A stretch of 53,999 nucleotides of DNA, from the IMG/VR virus record IMGVR_UViG_3300031519_000026, positions 1 through 53,999 of that record. The stretch is one strand, 5' to 3'. Position numbers and translations under genes: made by a program. Shown piece by piece: positions 39,601-48,842 of the stretch. Every line of letters begins with the position of its first letter. Position 1 is the first letter of the stretch. A model generated the notes under the pieces. That model saw nothing but the letters and a program-made list of their open reading frames with translations, did not search any database and was not told the origin of the DNA. Origin of the DNA: a virus (Duplodnaviria; Caudoviricetes).

Positions 39601-42154
39601 CAGAAGCAAGTAACGGAGTATGTGATCCCTGAGTAAAACTTATTGAGTCGTTGCCGATAATGGTATTACCAAGTTCGTCCATCGCTAATCTTGTATTGGC
39701 TGCGCTATCCATGAAGATAGTTTTTTGATCTGCGTCTGAAATCCAATAAGCGTTTTTAGAACTATCGCCTCTAATAGAGAAAGCAGCCAAACCGTCTGTT
39801 ATAAACTCTGCAAAATGATTATTTTTAGAAGAAAACGGGTTTCCACCAATATCAATCTTGTTAAGAGATAGAAGAGCCCTTGCTCCATTTGCGCCTGCAA
39901 TTTGAATAGATGGGTTTGTTGTTCCACCCATACCAGAATAACCAGAAGCTGTAATACCACCTGTACCTGTAGTTAAATTAGCTCTTTCTAAATTTCCACC
40001 GCCAACACTAAGACTACCAACTGTATTTAAAGCTGCAGAACCAGCTGCTGCGTCAATATCTAAAAATTCAGTCGTTGTAGTATTACCATAATATATTGGA
40101 GCTTTTACTGCTAAAGTAGATGTAGTTCTTGTAGTATCAACTTTAAATCTTTGAGTACCTGCTGTCCATACGCCAAATTGATCGTTAGCATCAAAACCGA
40201 TATATGTATTTGTATCGCTGTTATGCGTAATATAATCGTCAGTGTAGAATCTTGGAGCATACACGCTCTGAGTAAAATCAGCAGAGGTAGTATCTATATT
40301 AACTTGTTTAACAGCGTTTGTCCATACGCCAAATTGATCGTTAGCATCAAAACCAATATAAGTATTTGTGTCTCCTGTATGTGTAAGGTAATCCTCAGTG
40401 TAGAATCTTGGTGCAGTAGCTTTTACACTAAAGTCTGCAGAAGTGTTATAAATGCTAAGTCTATTTACTCCTGCTATATCTACATGCCATTCGCCGATGT
40501 TTGGAAAACCAAATTTTGCACCAGAGTCTCCGTTATGAAAAATCCAATCGTCTAAACCTATTGAGTGTAAAACTGAGTCATCACCGGGATTAGCAAAATA
40601 ATTAGTGTTATCTGAATCTACAAACCTAGCTGCTTGAACATCATTAGTAAATATGGCAGAGTTTGCTGACATTGCGAGTTGTTGCACACCGTTAATGTAC
40701 AATTTATAACTGTCATCTGTGTCAAAACCAAAGTAAGTGTTTGTATCACCTTTGTGTATGATATAGTCGTCTATTTGAATTTGACTAAGTCTTGATACAC
40801 TACTAGGTACTACGTAATATCCGTTATCGTTGCTATCTTCAAATCTTGGTGCAACAACTTTTTTGTTTACATACATCTGATCTTTTGATAGAGTAGTGTG
40901 TAATCCAGCACCATCAACATTAAAATAAATCAAACCAGTCGTATTGTTGTTTGCAAATTTAATATATGTACTACCATCTTTTACAGCACCGCCATAAGTG
41001 CCATAAATTTCACCAGCTAATACAACATCATTTATGACTGATTCTCCTGCAGGATCAACTAAATAGTCGTTATCATCTGCATCAAGTAGTCTTTTACCAA
41101 TAACATCATTTCCTGCAATAACATCATTTCCTACGATCCAATTATAATTAGCATCAGAATATGTGTTATAAGCAAAGACCGTGTCTAAGAAACCAATTTT
41201 GCCTGCAGTAGATGCGAGAACACGGTTGTTTCCAAGACCATCCATTGTTAACAAAGCTGAACCGGTATTGTTACCGATTTTGACCGTGCCTTCAAGTTCT
41301 AGGTTACCAGTAGCTGTATCGTTTACATCTGAACGTAAGAATTGATTTGCATGTAAGCCATCTACAGTGTCAGCATCAAAGTTATTACCAGAGCCTTCGT
41401 CTACCGTTGTAATAATTCTACCTAAATCTACACCTGCAGAGATTAATTTAAACCAATCTTGGGTTTCATCCCATTGCACTGACGAGTTTGCTAAATTACC
41501 ACGAGAAACTTCCCAACCAGAGTTTTCTGTTGGATTGCCAGTTAAAAAGTTGCTGTTGAGTGTTATTATATTGTCAGCAATTAGAACTGTTTCTGATTGA
41601 ACTTCAGTACGTGTACCTTGAACAGTAAGGTTACCAGTGATAATATAATCACCGTCCATTGTATCATTTTGATCTGATCTTACAAAACTCGCGCCTTCAA
41701 TACCATCAAGTAAATCAGCATCAAGGCCAGATCCTGCACCGTCGTTTCCAGCATACCAAACTGGTACACCGCCAATAGAAGGAACATTAGTAAAATCTGC
41801 GATAGTAGTATTGATTTTAAGCTGGTCATTATTACCAGCAATGAATACTAAACCATTCGCGGTATTATCATTGAATTTGATTTCGTTTGCGCCTGAAGTA
41901 TTTAGAATACTGTAATCGCCACTGCCTGAATTTTTAACTTGTAGTGCACCTACACCACCTTCAAAATTCATTAAAGGAGTATTAATACCACCGCTGTTCT
42001 CAATAGTAATTGGAACCGATGATCCTGAGCTTGTAAGCTTAGCTGTGCCTGATACTTGTAGCTTGTTTACGCCGTCGTCTGTGGTAGTGCCGATAAGAAC
42101 GTTATTCTCTGATTGGAGACCGTTCTTTACTATAAATTTTTTATCGTTCGCCAT
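33623..42154 (-). CDS. Giant (~2,840 aa) repeat-rich tail fibre with C-terminal autocleaving chaperone-like domain
   Basis: GSGLDADLLDG motifs; many PxFYDxxxxxYYxxPAxxS and HxGDTNTYxGF repeats; C-terminal ADLAERY..GTV..G.VST.P...MN..ALKGRIPV (peptidase G2-like); GGGAG RBS; late promoter. Confidence 0.8.
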   Translation of the reverse strand: MANDKKFIVKNGLQSENNVLIGTTTDDGVNKLQVSGTAKLTSSGSSVPITIENSGGINTPLMNFEGGVGALQVKNSGSGDYSILNTSGANEIKFNDNTANGLVFIAGNNDQLKINTTIADFTNVPSIGGVPVWYAGNDGAGSGLDADLLDGIEGASFVRSDQNDTMDGDYIITGNLTVQGTRTEVQSETVLIADNIITLNSNFLTGNPTENSGWEVSRGNLANSSVQWDETQDWFKLISAGVDLGRIITTVDEGSGNNFDADTVDGLHANQFLRSDVNDTATGNLELEGTVKIGNNTGSALLTMDGLGNNRVLASTAGKIGFLDTVFAYNTYSDANYNWIVGNDVIAGNDVIGKRLLDADDNDYLVDPAGESVINDVVLAGEIYGTYGGAVKDGSTYIKFANNNTTGLIYFNVDGAGLHTTLSKDQMYVNKKVVAPRFEDSNDNGYYVVPSSVSRLSQIQIDDYIIHKGDTNTYFGFDTDDSYKLYINGVQQLAMSANSAIFTNDVQAARFVDSDNTNYFANPGDDSVLHSIGLDDWIFHNGDSGAKFGFPNIGEWHVDIAGVNRLSIYNTSADFSVKATAPRFYTEDYLTHTGDTNTYIGFDANDQFGVWTNAVKQVNIDTTSADFTQSVYAPRFYTDDYITHNSDTNTYIGFDANDQFGVWTAGTQRFKVDTTRTTSTLAVKAPIYYGNTTTTEFLDIDAAAGSAALNTVGSLSVGGGNLERANLTTGTGGITASGYSGMGGTTNPSIQIAGANGARALLSLNKIDIGGNPFSSKNNHFAEFITDGLAAFSIRGDSSKNAYWISDADQKTIFMDSAANTRLAMDELGNTIIGNDSISFTQGSHTPLLASGVKTDGKLHVDGSIHINGANDALVIGGTTSTFLRDDELGFGSGGGFYMNNTSDIKVRGDLELQSGGDAKFARYLDYNNTAFYGDFASSSRINNVSLVGEIIHDGDTNTKIGFGADQIIFTAGATAQLNVYTTYAQATTDMRSPIFSDAGGTFQFEPNTSSAHRFTTPTGWLEIGSKVVGSTAFDTDRALFTFNKRVNFNGGISAADANDDAYFNRYYDYGDNAYYIDAAGDSQLNTVDIDDYIRHRGDTTTYMGFSAAATYKVFISGTERLNIDANSADFNTDVYAPRYYDSGNNAFYLDPASTSITNVIRVQEIQVGTGSTTIEPPSGPKGTIMVEGERDSYAGYMISNDWGFISSGATEMGLYNETDNEWSLVANRNNFTRLYSNNIHQIGAENGYGSAPTSMRSPIFYDLNDSAFYADMAGQNRLKSIKAGDGAILNSTATPLEILSAQRNLIRLSNSTADANYPIIFHETRNSRSTLGISFNGVDDRFWFAENGDFQSYGAGIFGSLALNGGNEDLGLLKSYGSGLGDLKMFDASDYWDKRVIQPMQGIENNATSSTSEYVKNGDGPFASSYALRSSGFRSFDSDFIAVEPGEEIYVEQAVRRISGSGGLFYLGIRRYDKDKNPIATNDGISYFGASAINVTATTWTQYKGTHTLPTTHTPFNGSDGLGVRFVRIVSLMGYSGGGAVREYGPPILKRVNAQSDLRTPNLTVEVDLTVGGDAGITGDLTVNDIFANVIDANRFRDAGNTAYYIEPLTGAKVAGSWDWTNGSINNLNSLSFNDPGPTEGIKWNGGNLWQIYESPNDLATDSGGNLQFTSGANQGTMRLRVDTSGDVTAGRYHRAQRFYDTNDAAFYVDPASTSVMKQIYVNDYIRHNGDTDTYIRFQAADDMQLVAGGRQMLRMAEGTNPDRLRFVTDTNWTDANGDWNMSRNVSVSGTHTVLNGAYANIFYDNDDNSYYGDFAGTSIMNTVRATAVQIGGSTYQIDATQGTYGSISVTGNKGGYAGYAINDDWVFMSSGAGVAGIYNDTNNEWATIYRQNGDVELYWDGTEQASTKDGFFLGTNQVRSPIFYDSDNTTYNGNFASTSRFLGLTVDQAITTPGVTGYASSLVRRDNRIIEPNEDTAGQLRFGFTSWNNNNTAPYADYLHLRSYTDASGGSDNLLMFKKTGRGMRLWQQTWNSGTAYSAYSDIAIYNSNPGDTPFYASRYYDANDSSYYGDFASTSIMNTVQFTSGGSANFQSASGNVRGYIQATETNDAHLIIATSGGEDIAFKDGGLGGTTNLIIRGDGNLMVTGGAYAGTFYDKDSTGYYGNFAGTSVMNTLDIRGEIYNDGWFRNDTSGKGLYNTATGQHFYSDDDDYWNVAGGTGANAIRFRDESGGTIRGYVYANNTNNIGFLNQDASWALRTNSSTTEIYGSLYANTFYDRNNSSYYSNPAGDSLFAEDIRANRFVHRRAVSDDNTFGMYFNTNESAAYAIYRESGGWSTPYPDLRIAFHTGIKMGAYHTYNGIRFYNDYNMATQVMSINNGSDPLGQNDVHVNNSLQAGSSLRAPIFYDSNDTNRYTNPASTSQMGTIEWDQLNARDRGDFITFYGDNSQNHSITSRNTAGDVSDDIRINSYGSIFFNLDSNNNNTSGADFYVGRHGSASGAMVTTALFRVYGDSNYAYSAYSFRAPIFYDSDNTTYYSNPAGASVFNTSVRANEVYARNWFRNDDSGEGVYNQNTGVHAYSYQSAYYAISGNSNSSISLQLRSSYNSSIRMWLHGDTSNWCGYLNTGGQWQIRTRMADGYSPNHWYYEDANTTWTGNPGNDKGKIEYHSDRFYIAAGGNSNRICQFRRDGTDKAYVNNDGLYVGTATSARWADLAERYTADDIYPAGTVLAIDINGDKEVTLYQPGMPLAGCVSTLPAVMMNDMGYDPDDKSIDAMMAPFIALKGRIPVLIHGSAKKGQWVIADVDGKGRAVDYGTSGINSHEIIGIAIGDCDGEGEVEVKV
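33691..33698 (-). promoter_or_regulatory. Possible internal late promoter for the CHxS/rSAM-B operon
   Basis: TATAAATA within the 3' end of the fibre gene, 70 nt upstream of the CHxS protein 1 start. Confidence 0.5.
40163..40354. repeat. 36-bp perfect direct repeat, 156 bp apart, in the fibre gene
   Basis: tgtccatacgccaaattgatcgttagcatcaaaacc at 40163-40198 and 40319-40354; both encode GFDANDQFGVWT. Confidence 0.85.
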
Positions 42155-42191
42155 TCGGTTCACTCTCCCCAGTTAGGCTTCTATTTTCTTT

Positions 42192-42199
42192 TATTTATA
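42192..42199 (-). promoter_or_regulatory. T4-type late promoter upstream of the giant fibre
   Basis: TATAAATA on - strand, intergenic. Confidence 0.8.
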
Positions 42200-42205
42200 A
42201 TGAAA

Positions 42206-44563
42206 CTATACTTTCAAAAGCTGGCCTGACACCTTAAAGACAGTAGAGCTCGAGGATGCAGCTTGCACACTCACAATAACTAACGGACTAGTAATCGTCA
42301 CGTCAAATACGCCAAGCTCAGAACTAGTAAATATCGAGGCGTATTCTGTGCCTACTGCTATTGAACTGTTATGAGCTATTACCAATTTAGTCGTGTGTCT
42401 TTCGCCACCTTCTTCAGCTGATATTAAAAGTTCAGCTCCGCCAAAGTTAGCAAGAGGGAATGCGTATAAAGTAGTAGATCCTGTAGATGTCGTAGTAACA
42501 CTAGCCGACACGAATGTTGAATGATTTAATCCTAGGTTACCTTGGATATCAAGATTACCTGTTATTGTATCGCCCGAGACATTAACGTATCTATTATCAG
42601 ATTCAGTTTCTGTATAATATCGACTATCTAATTGACCAGCATCTAATTCTGTTTCAGTATAATATCTGCTATCTAATTGACCAGCATCTAACTCTGATTC
42701 AGTGTAATAAAGAGTATTAAGTTGACCTGCGTCTAGCTCAGCCTCTGTATAATAAAGGCTATTAAGTTGACCTGCATCTAGTTCTGTTTCAGTATAATAA
42801 CGACTATCAAGATCAATACTTGATGTTGACTGAACATGACCAAACGTATCAAATGCTATATCTTGTAGCACGTTTCCTGCACTATTATCAACATCAACAA
42901 CACTTGAAGTATCAGAATGCTCGACGGTAATCGTAGTTGGAACTCCATCGTTTAGATTGAAGTTACCTGAACCAATCAATCCGTTATTTGCAGTGATAGT
43001 TACTAATCCATTACCCACAGACTGTGCAGCGGTATTAGCAGCTTGAGATAGGATATCAGAAGCATGTAAACCATCTAATAAATCTGCATCAAGGCCTGTT
43101 CCAGTTCCATCGACTGTTTTAATCGCTGTTAATAATTCTGAAGGTGTTTGGTCTGCAGTTGCGCTAGCTTCAATTAAATCTAGTTTATCACCATCAACAG
43201 AAAGATCTCTACCATCTACAGTTCCTGCAGTTGTGATATTGCCTGTTGTGATATTTCCAAATGCGTCTAATAAGACATTGTAATCTGTAGTGCTTGTACT
43301 AAGAGCTAATGTATTATTTGCAGAATACCATTGGAAATCAGAAACACCAGATACCGCAGCTTCGCCTGCAGCAGTTAATCGACCATCTGCGTCAACAGTA
43401 AATGTTGCGATTGCGGTAGATGAACCATAGTCTCCAGCACTTACTGTGGTTGCAGCAATATCTGTAGCAACAGACATAATCGTATTGTTTGAAGTTACAG
43501 TACCTGTAACGTCTCCTGTCAAAGTAACGGTTAAATCTTGTTTGAAATCACCATCAATTAACAAGTCACCTTTAATTCTTACAGCGCCTGCAACATCTCC
43601 GCCAATTGGTGCTGGATCAATTATCAACAGCCCTGAAGTTTCAATAGTTGAAGTTGTAGAGTTGTTTGATGTATCACCTAATTTTAATTTAGGAGCAGTT
43701 AAGTCTACAGAAGACCCGTCCCAATTAACTCTAAGTAATTGTTCTGCAGAACCTGATGCGTTTGATTTACCAATAATAGCAAAATCTCCTGTAGATTCTG
43801 TTCCATAATTGTATAATCTAATGCCAAGAGCTGAGTTACCTGCAGTATCATCTCTTATTGGTCCAAGAACTGATTGAGGTAAAGCACCAGCGTTATAACC
43901 GAAAGTAAGAGGGTTATTTGATAGTAAATCAAATGAATCTGAGTAAACACTTGAAGTAGTATTAATATTTACAGGATCACCAAAGTCAGATATATCTGCA
44001 AAGAACGACGAACCATCGCCCGTATCAACTTGTAATGTATTGTTTGCAGTATTCCAAGTAAAGTCATCAACACCAGCAACAGCGGTATTACCTGCAGTCG
44101 TAATTCTGCCATCTTCGTCGATAGTAATAACCGGTATTTGAGATGACGTACCGTATGTTCCTGCTATGACACCAGTGTTAGCCAGCTCAGTAGTAAGAGT
44201 CATTACACCGGTATTAGAGAAAGCTGTACCTGTTACTTTACCAGTAAGAGTGAGGTCTAGAGACGCTGCAGGAACGTTTGTAAAGTTGTTGTAATCTAGA
44301 TAATAATCTCCAGACTGTCCATCTAACAGGTCAGCATCAAGGCCAGAGCCTGCGCCGTCAACTGTTTTAATAAGAGTAAGAATAGCAGAAGGGTCGAGAT
44401 CTGCGGATATATCAACGATGGATTCTGTGTTAGATGCAGCGTCATATTTCTTAAAATACAACTTACCATCTTGCGTGTTAATTGCTACTTCGCCAAGAGC
44501 TAACTGTGCTGTTGTAGGAATATTCCCAGCAACCGAACTACGGCGTAATTTAATTGTTGACAT
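42206..44563 (-). CDS. Tail fibre-like structural protein
   Basis: N-terminal IKLRRS....P....L..GE.AIN..DGKLY module typical of fibre proteins; two GLDADLLDG motifs; internal duplications; 15-aa tandem repeats. Confidence 0.75.
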   Translation of the reverse strand: MSTIKLRRSSVAGNIPTTAQLALGEVAINTQDGKLYFKKYDAASNTESIVDISADLDPSAILTLIKTVDGAGSGLDADLLDGQSGDYYLDYNNFTNVPAASLDLTLTGKVTGTAFSNTGVMTLTTELANTGVIAGTYGTSSQIPVITIDEDGRITTAGNTAVAGVDDFTWNTANNTLQVDTGDGSSFFADISDFGDPVNINTTSSVYSDSFDLLSNNPLTFGYNAGALPQSVLGPIRDDTAGNSALGIRLYNYGTESTGDFAIIGKSNASGSAEQLLRVNWDGSSVDLTAPKLKLGDTSNNSTTSTIETSGLLIIDPAPIGGDVAGAVRIKGDLLIDGDFKQDLTVTLTGDVTGTVTSNNTIMSVATDIAATTVSAGDYGSSTAIATFTVDADGRLTAAGEAAVSGVSDFQWYSANNTLALSTSTTDYNVLLDAFGNITTGNITTAGTVDGRDLSVDGDKLDLIEASATADQTPSELLTAIKTVDGTGTGLDADLLDGLHASDILSQAANTAAQSVGNGLVTITANNGLIGSGNFNLNDGVPTTITVEHSDTSSVVDVDNSAGNVLQDIAFDTFGHVQSTSSIDLDSRYYTETELDAGQLNSLYYTEAELDAGQLNTLYYTESELDAGQLDSRYYTETELDAGQLDSRYYTETESDNRYVNVSGDTITGNLDIQGNLGLNHSTFVSASVTTTSTGSTTLYAFPLANFGGAELLISAEEGGERHTTKLVIAHNSSIAVGTEYASIFTSSELGVFDVTITSPLVIVSVQAASSSSTVFKVSGQLLKV
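42603..42812 (-). repeat. 45-bp coding tandem repeat, ~4.7 copies (LDSRYYTETELDAGQ)
   Basis: Visible in the DNA (ttgacc.gc.tcta..tc) and in the translation. Confidence 0.85.
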
Positions 44564-44623
44564 ATTTATGCCCCTTCTGTATAATAGCTATATAGCCAAT
44601 AAGATAATAGTAATATAGTTTAT

Positions 44624-47600
44624 TTAAAAACTACCACCATCTATTTCATCAACAGCAATGGAAACCTTACCAGCAGAGATTGTCGTATTTACGCCATCTG
44701 TACCTTCAAATTCTAAACTTCCACCCAATAATATATCTTGATTTGCTCCAGCTTCACCAATAATGGTAATTTGTGGATTAGTAACCGAGAACTCAGTCCC
44801 GGTTAACGTTAATTGATTTCCAGCGGTATATGTACCAGCGCCAGAGAATTGATAGAACGTAATATCATCTGTTCCAAGAACAAACGTTTCTGCATCAACT
44901 ACAGTTGCGACATATCCTGAGTTACTATTTACACTACCATCAGTTACGAATTGGAATGCGCCAGGAATTTCAGATGTTTGATTAAAGTATTCACCTCTTG
45001 TAAGGATGAATGGATTAGATATGTCTCCGATAGTTGTAAGCTCGTATGAGCCATTTTCATCAGCGTTTGTTTGATTCTTTACAAGAATTCTATCACCTAA
45101 TGACCAAGTTAAAACACCGTCGATATCGAGTAGGGCACCAGCATTTATTGACAAAGTGCTTGCACCCGCGGCAAATGTGTATGTCGCACCGAGATCTGCA
45201 ACTGTCGCAGCCTTAGCAGCTGGAATAACTCTTAAACCCTGAGCAACACTATCAACATATGCTTTAGTAGCTGCATCTTGCGTGCTAGTAGGATCTGCAA
45301 GGTTTGTAATCTTATTTGAAGCTACTGAAATCTCATTAGAATCTGAATCAAGTATTAAGTCACCAGTTCCAGCAGCAGTTGAAATTGTTCTTAAAGTAAC
45401 TAAAACAGCGCCTGCTCTAAAGTTATCTTGAACATCTAAAGCTTTAATGTATGAATCTGTACCACCCGGATGGATAAAGAAAGATGTTGAGTCTGCATCA
45501 ACAAACCTTTCTGCCAATACATCACCATTATCTACAACCCAATTGCCAGTGGTCTTTTCAGAATATGCAGCAAAGTTAAACGTGTTATTTAAGAAACCAA
45601 TTTTTCCGCCGCCAGCATATAATGTCGATTGACTTCCAACACCGTCTGCAAAGCTGATTTGAGAAGTTGTTAATCCAAAACCAACTCTTAATTGGTTTAA
45701 TCTTGTTTCTCCAGCAAAATCACCGAAGTAATTATTGTTGTCGCTATCATAGTATCTTGGAGCAAACACGTTACCTGCAAATGTTGCACCAGTTAATGTA
45801 GCATAAAGCGTATCAACATGAGAGTAATCGATCCCTATAGCTACATTTGCAGCTGGTCCGCTAGGTTGTGTAATACTAATACCTGAACTAGGACCAACGG
45901 GTGTAATATCAGAAACATAATCTGCAGTAATAGTTGCAGAAATTTCTGTATTAGATAATCTTGTTACCTGAGATGAACCTATCAGATCGCCGGCCAAAGA
46001 GATATTAAAGTTTTCGGCCTTAAGGTTCATTACATCGTTTGGATCGTCGTTTACTGCAATGATACCTTCGTTATTTGCATTACCAAGGACAAACATTTGC
46101 CCGATAATATCACGAGATGTTTCTGTAAAGTTTGGAATCGCGTTAGCTTGAAGCTCAAGAGGAATATCTGTAGCAAAGTCAATACGACCATCTTCAGTAA
46201 TACGAATACGAGGAGTAAATCCATCAGTACCGTACATTCCTGTAGAGCCAGTCATAGGATTGTCAAGACCAATTTTTAATTCATTATTGGCACTATCAAT
46301 ACTCTGAAGTTCTAAACCTCTGCCAATTGATAGAGTTGGATTTTGAAGTAAATCTATATCTGTAAGATGTGTATTTGCATTATCAATAATTTGAAGCTTA
46401 GATGAGAACGATCCGCCTAAATAATTAAGAGTAACAACATCACTAAGATTTACTGGATCTGCAACGTTTGTAATCGTATTATTAGCAGCATCAATATAGC
46501 CAGTAGGGTTTAAAACTAAATTGCTCGCAGCTCCTATTTCGCTGTTAACAATTAAATTTCCTGTGCTATAATTGAATATAATTTTATTAAAGCTTTGACC
46601 GTAGTTTAAGTTACCATCTTGATCAATCTGCATTCTATGAGTATTAGCTGTCCAGAAATCCAAATCGTTGTTGTCATCGCCAGAAGCTGTTTCAGCAATA
46701 ATATATGTATTCCTGTCGAGATCCATAACAGATCCAGCAAGACCTGCCCAAACAGTACCATCGTAACCTTCAAATCTGTCATCTTCAGTGTTATAACGTA
46801 AAGCGCCTATTATTCCTACCGGTCTTTGCGCAGCAGTACCTTTTGGTAATACGATAGATCCAGTAGTGTCAATTCTGACGCTTTGATCATCAGATCCAAT
46901 CTTAGAAGTAAATATTTTATCAAAGTTCTTAGAATTACTACCAAGACTAAGAGTGCCGTCAACGTTAGGATTTAATGAAGAACCAAGTGCATTTATGTTT
47001 ACATCACCGTAAAAAGACGTTACATTATTAGCATTGATCATCGCTGCTAATGTGCCACCAGTATAGAACTGAAGTTGATCATTATCTGCGCCAGGAGAAG
47101 TTTCTGCTACGATTTTCGTATCTTGGTCAACATCAACAGTACCGCCAAGTCCTGCCCATGCTACGCCGTCATAACCTTCAAATTGATTATCTTGATTATT
47201 AAATCTTATTTGACCTGCAGAAGCCGTTGGTCTTTGAGCTATATTACCAGTCGGTAATCTTAACGCAGAACTTCCACTTATAATCAAGTCGTCGCCTACT
47301 GGATTAATTTGATTTAGCGGCAATGTTTCTGATACGTTAAATTGTGTACCGTTAAGATTTAAACCTGCGCCAGCTGTGAATGTACCTTCACCTTGGAACT
47401 GAGCCCATTCAATCGCATCTGTATTAAGATTAAAGCTCGAAGCATCTAGAACTGTTGCAACCCAACCTGTGCCGCCGTTAATTGTACCGTCAGTAACAAA
47501 TTCATAAGAACCAGGAAGTTCAGTGTTTGTAGAGAAATCAGCTCTTTCAAAAATCCAAGCTGTATTGGCACTACCAATTTGCTTAACATTATACGAGCCG

Positions 47601-48478
47601 TTTTCAGTAGCATCTGTCTGGTCTTTAACAAGAAGGTTTGCGCCTAATGTCCAAGTAGTAACATCATCGATATATAAAAAGTTAACTGGCGGAATAGTAA
47701 GTGTATCTCTTACACTTGTATTACCTTCTTCAAAAGCAGCACCAAGATCTGCAACTGTAGCAGCTAAAGCTTGTGGTCTAACAACAAAGCCATTAACTAA
47801 GTTATCAACATATCTTTTATTAGTGGCATCTGAAGGAAGAATAGGATCTTCAATAACTTTAACAGTATTTTCTACACGCTCTAATTCAAATTCAAGCCAA
47901 GTTTTGTTAACAGCATCAAATCCATCAATAGGAGTTGAAACACCAGCAATTCTTGAGAAACCCATGTCAATAACATTGTTACTGCCTGGCTCAAAACTAA
48001 TATTACCGTTTGCTGTAAACTTTCTATTAAATAATTCTACACCACCAGCTTCAAAACTTGTTAAGCCAACTATTGTATTTGATGTCTCACCAACTGTTAA
48101 CGACGTTGTACCAAGAGTTAAATCATTAGTACTGATAACTGAATTTGCGTATGAGAAATTTGTATTAGAAAAAGAACGATTATTGAATTGTGTAACGTGA
48201 CCGAATTGATCTATATCAATATTGCCAGCAAAAACTAAACCTGCGTTATTAGAACTTATTTCAGTTGATGTAGATGCGTGTGATATGACAAGATTTGCAT
48301 TCTCTACATTAAGTTCCGGTGTAACAATAATGCCTGAACCAGCATCAATCTTTGCTACATACTGACCTACTGTATCGATGCCTAAAGTAATCGAATCTGG
48401 AGTAATTAATGGTTTCTTTTCTGCAGCAGCTACAATCCTGATATTATTAGGTGCGCCTACTTTAACTTTAATACTCAC
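44624..48478 (-). CDS. Large tail/baseplate-associated fibre protein with duplicated modules
   Basis: Two copies each of DAxxKxYVD..ATVADLGA..LVKxQTxAxENGSY..FVTDG and LPxGxxAQRP..RxN..FEGYDG..WAGL. Confidence 0.7.
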   Translation of the reverse strand: MSIKVKVGAPNNIRIVAAAEKKPLITPDSITLGIDTVGQYVAKIDAGSGIIVTPELNVENANLVISHASTSTEISSNNAGLVFAGNIDIDQFGHVTQFNNRSFSNTNFSYANSVISTNDLTLGTTSLTVGETSNTIVGLTSFEAGGVELFNRKFTANGNISFEPGSNNVIDMGFSRIAGVSTPIDGFDAVNKTWLEFELERVENTVKVIEDPILPSDATNKRYVDNLVNGFVVRPQALAATVADLGAAFEEGNTSVRDTLTIPPVNFLYIDDVTTWTLGANLLVKDQTDATENGSYNVKQIGSANTAWIFERADFSTNTELPGSYEFVTDGTINGGTGWVATVLDASSFNLNTDAIEWAQFQGEGTFTAGAGLNLNGTQFNVSETLPLNQINPVGDDLIISGSSALRLPTGNIAQRPTASAGQIRFNNQDNQFEGYDGVAWAGLGGTVDVDQDTKIVAETSPGADNDQLQFYTGGTLAAMINANNVTSFYGDVNINALGSSLNPNVDGTLSLGSNSKNFDKIFTSKIGSDDQSVRIDTTGSIVLPKGTAAQRPVGIIGALRYNTEDDRFEGYDGTVWAGLAGSVMDLDRNTYIIAETASGDDNNDLDFWTANTHRMQIDQDGNLNYGQSFNKIIFNYSTGNLIVNSEIGAASNLVLNPTGYIDAANNTITNVADPVNLSDVVTLNYLGGSFSSKLQIIDNANTHLTDIDLLQNPTLSIGRGLELQSIDSANNELKIGLDNPMTGSTGMYGTDGFTPRIRITEDGRIDFATDIPLELQANAIPNFTETSRDIIGQMFVLGNANNEGIIAVNDDPNDVMNLKAENFNISLAGDLIGSSQVTRLSNTEISATITADYVSDITPVGPSSGISITQPSGPAANVAIGIDYSHVDTLYATLTGATFAGNVFAPRYYDSDNNNYFGDFAGETRLNQLRVGFGLTTSQISFADGVGSQSTLYAGGGKIGFLNNTFNFAAYSEKTTGNWVVDNGDVLAERFVDADSTSFFIHPGGTDSYIKALDVQDNFRAGAVLVTLRTISTAAGTGDLILDSDSNEISVASNKITNLADPTSTQDAATKAYVDSVAQGLRVIPAAKAATVADLGATYTFAAGASTLSINAGALLDIDGVLTWSLGDRILVKNQTNADENGSYELTTIGDISNPFILTRGEYFNQTSEIPGAFQFVTDGSVNSNSGYVATVVDAETFVLGTDDITFYQFSGAGTYTAGNQLTLTGTEFSVTNPQITIIGEAGANQDILLGGSLEFEGTDGVNTTISAGKVSIAVDEIDGGSF

Positions 48479-48481
48479 CAG

Positions 48482-48808
48482 TTATACCTCCGTGATAGTA
48501 GGAATAACAATAGCTAGTCCTTCAACTATCTTGGACATCTCACCACTGGATTTTCTCATTAAAACATCATATTCGTATTTCCCAGGTTTTAAGTTAGCTG
48601 TTACATCAGCCTCTAAAACAAGTGTTATGTCGTTTGCGTTTTTTTCTACAACAAACTCAGCTGTTCTCTTTGAAGAGTACATCTTTCTTAGATCTGCGAA
48701 GAAACTAAAAGTACTGATCACCAAATCGTCATCATCACCGTCGAACAACTCCAACGTGATGCGAAAATCTGTACCTTGATCTATATAGATATTTGCTTTG
48801 GATCCCAT
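48482..48808 (-). CDS. Small conserved T4-like virion/baseplate-associated protein
   Basis: ANIYIDQGTDF, RK.YSS, TA.L..G.Y.YDV, EG.....P.IT pattern. Confidence 0.65.
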   Translation of the reverse strand: MGSKANIYIDQGTDFRITLELFDGDDDDLVISTFSFFADLRKMYSSKRTAEFVVEKNANDITLVLEADVTANLKPGKYEYDVLMRKSSGEMSKIVEGLAIVIPTITEV

Positions 48809-48834
48809 GTCTTCATCTCTTTATTACTTTTATC

Positions 48835-48842
48835 TATTTATA
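48835..48842 (-). promoter_or_regulatory. T4-type late promoter
   Basis: TATAAATA on - strand just after the terminator. Confidence 0.75.

Noticed and set aside
42603-42812. 45-bp periodic DNA repeat as a CRISPR array
   Set aside because: No unique spacers; units are in-frame codon repeats with synonymous variation inside a long ORF; no cas genes
33623-48478. Diversity-generating retroelement acting on fibre genes
   Set aside because: No reverse transcriptase and no template/variable repeat pair differing at adenines was seen
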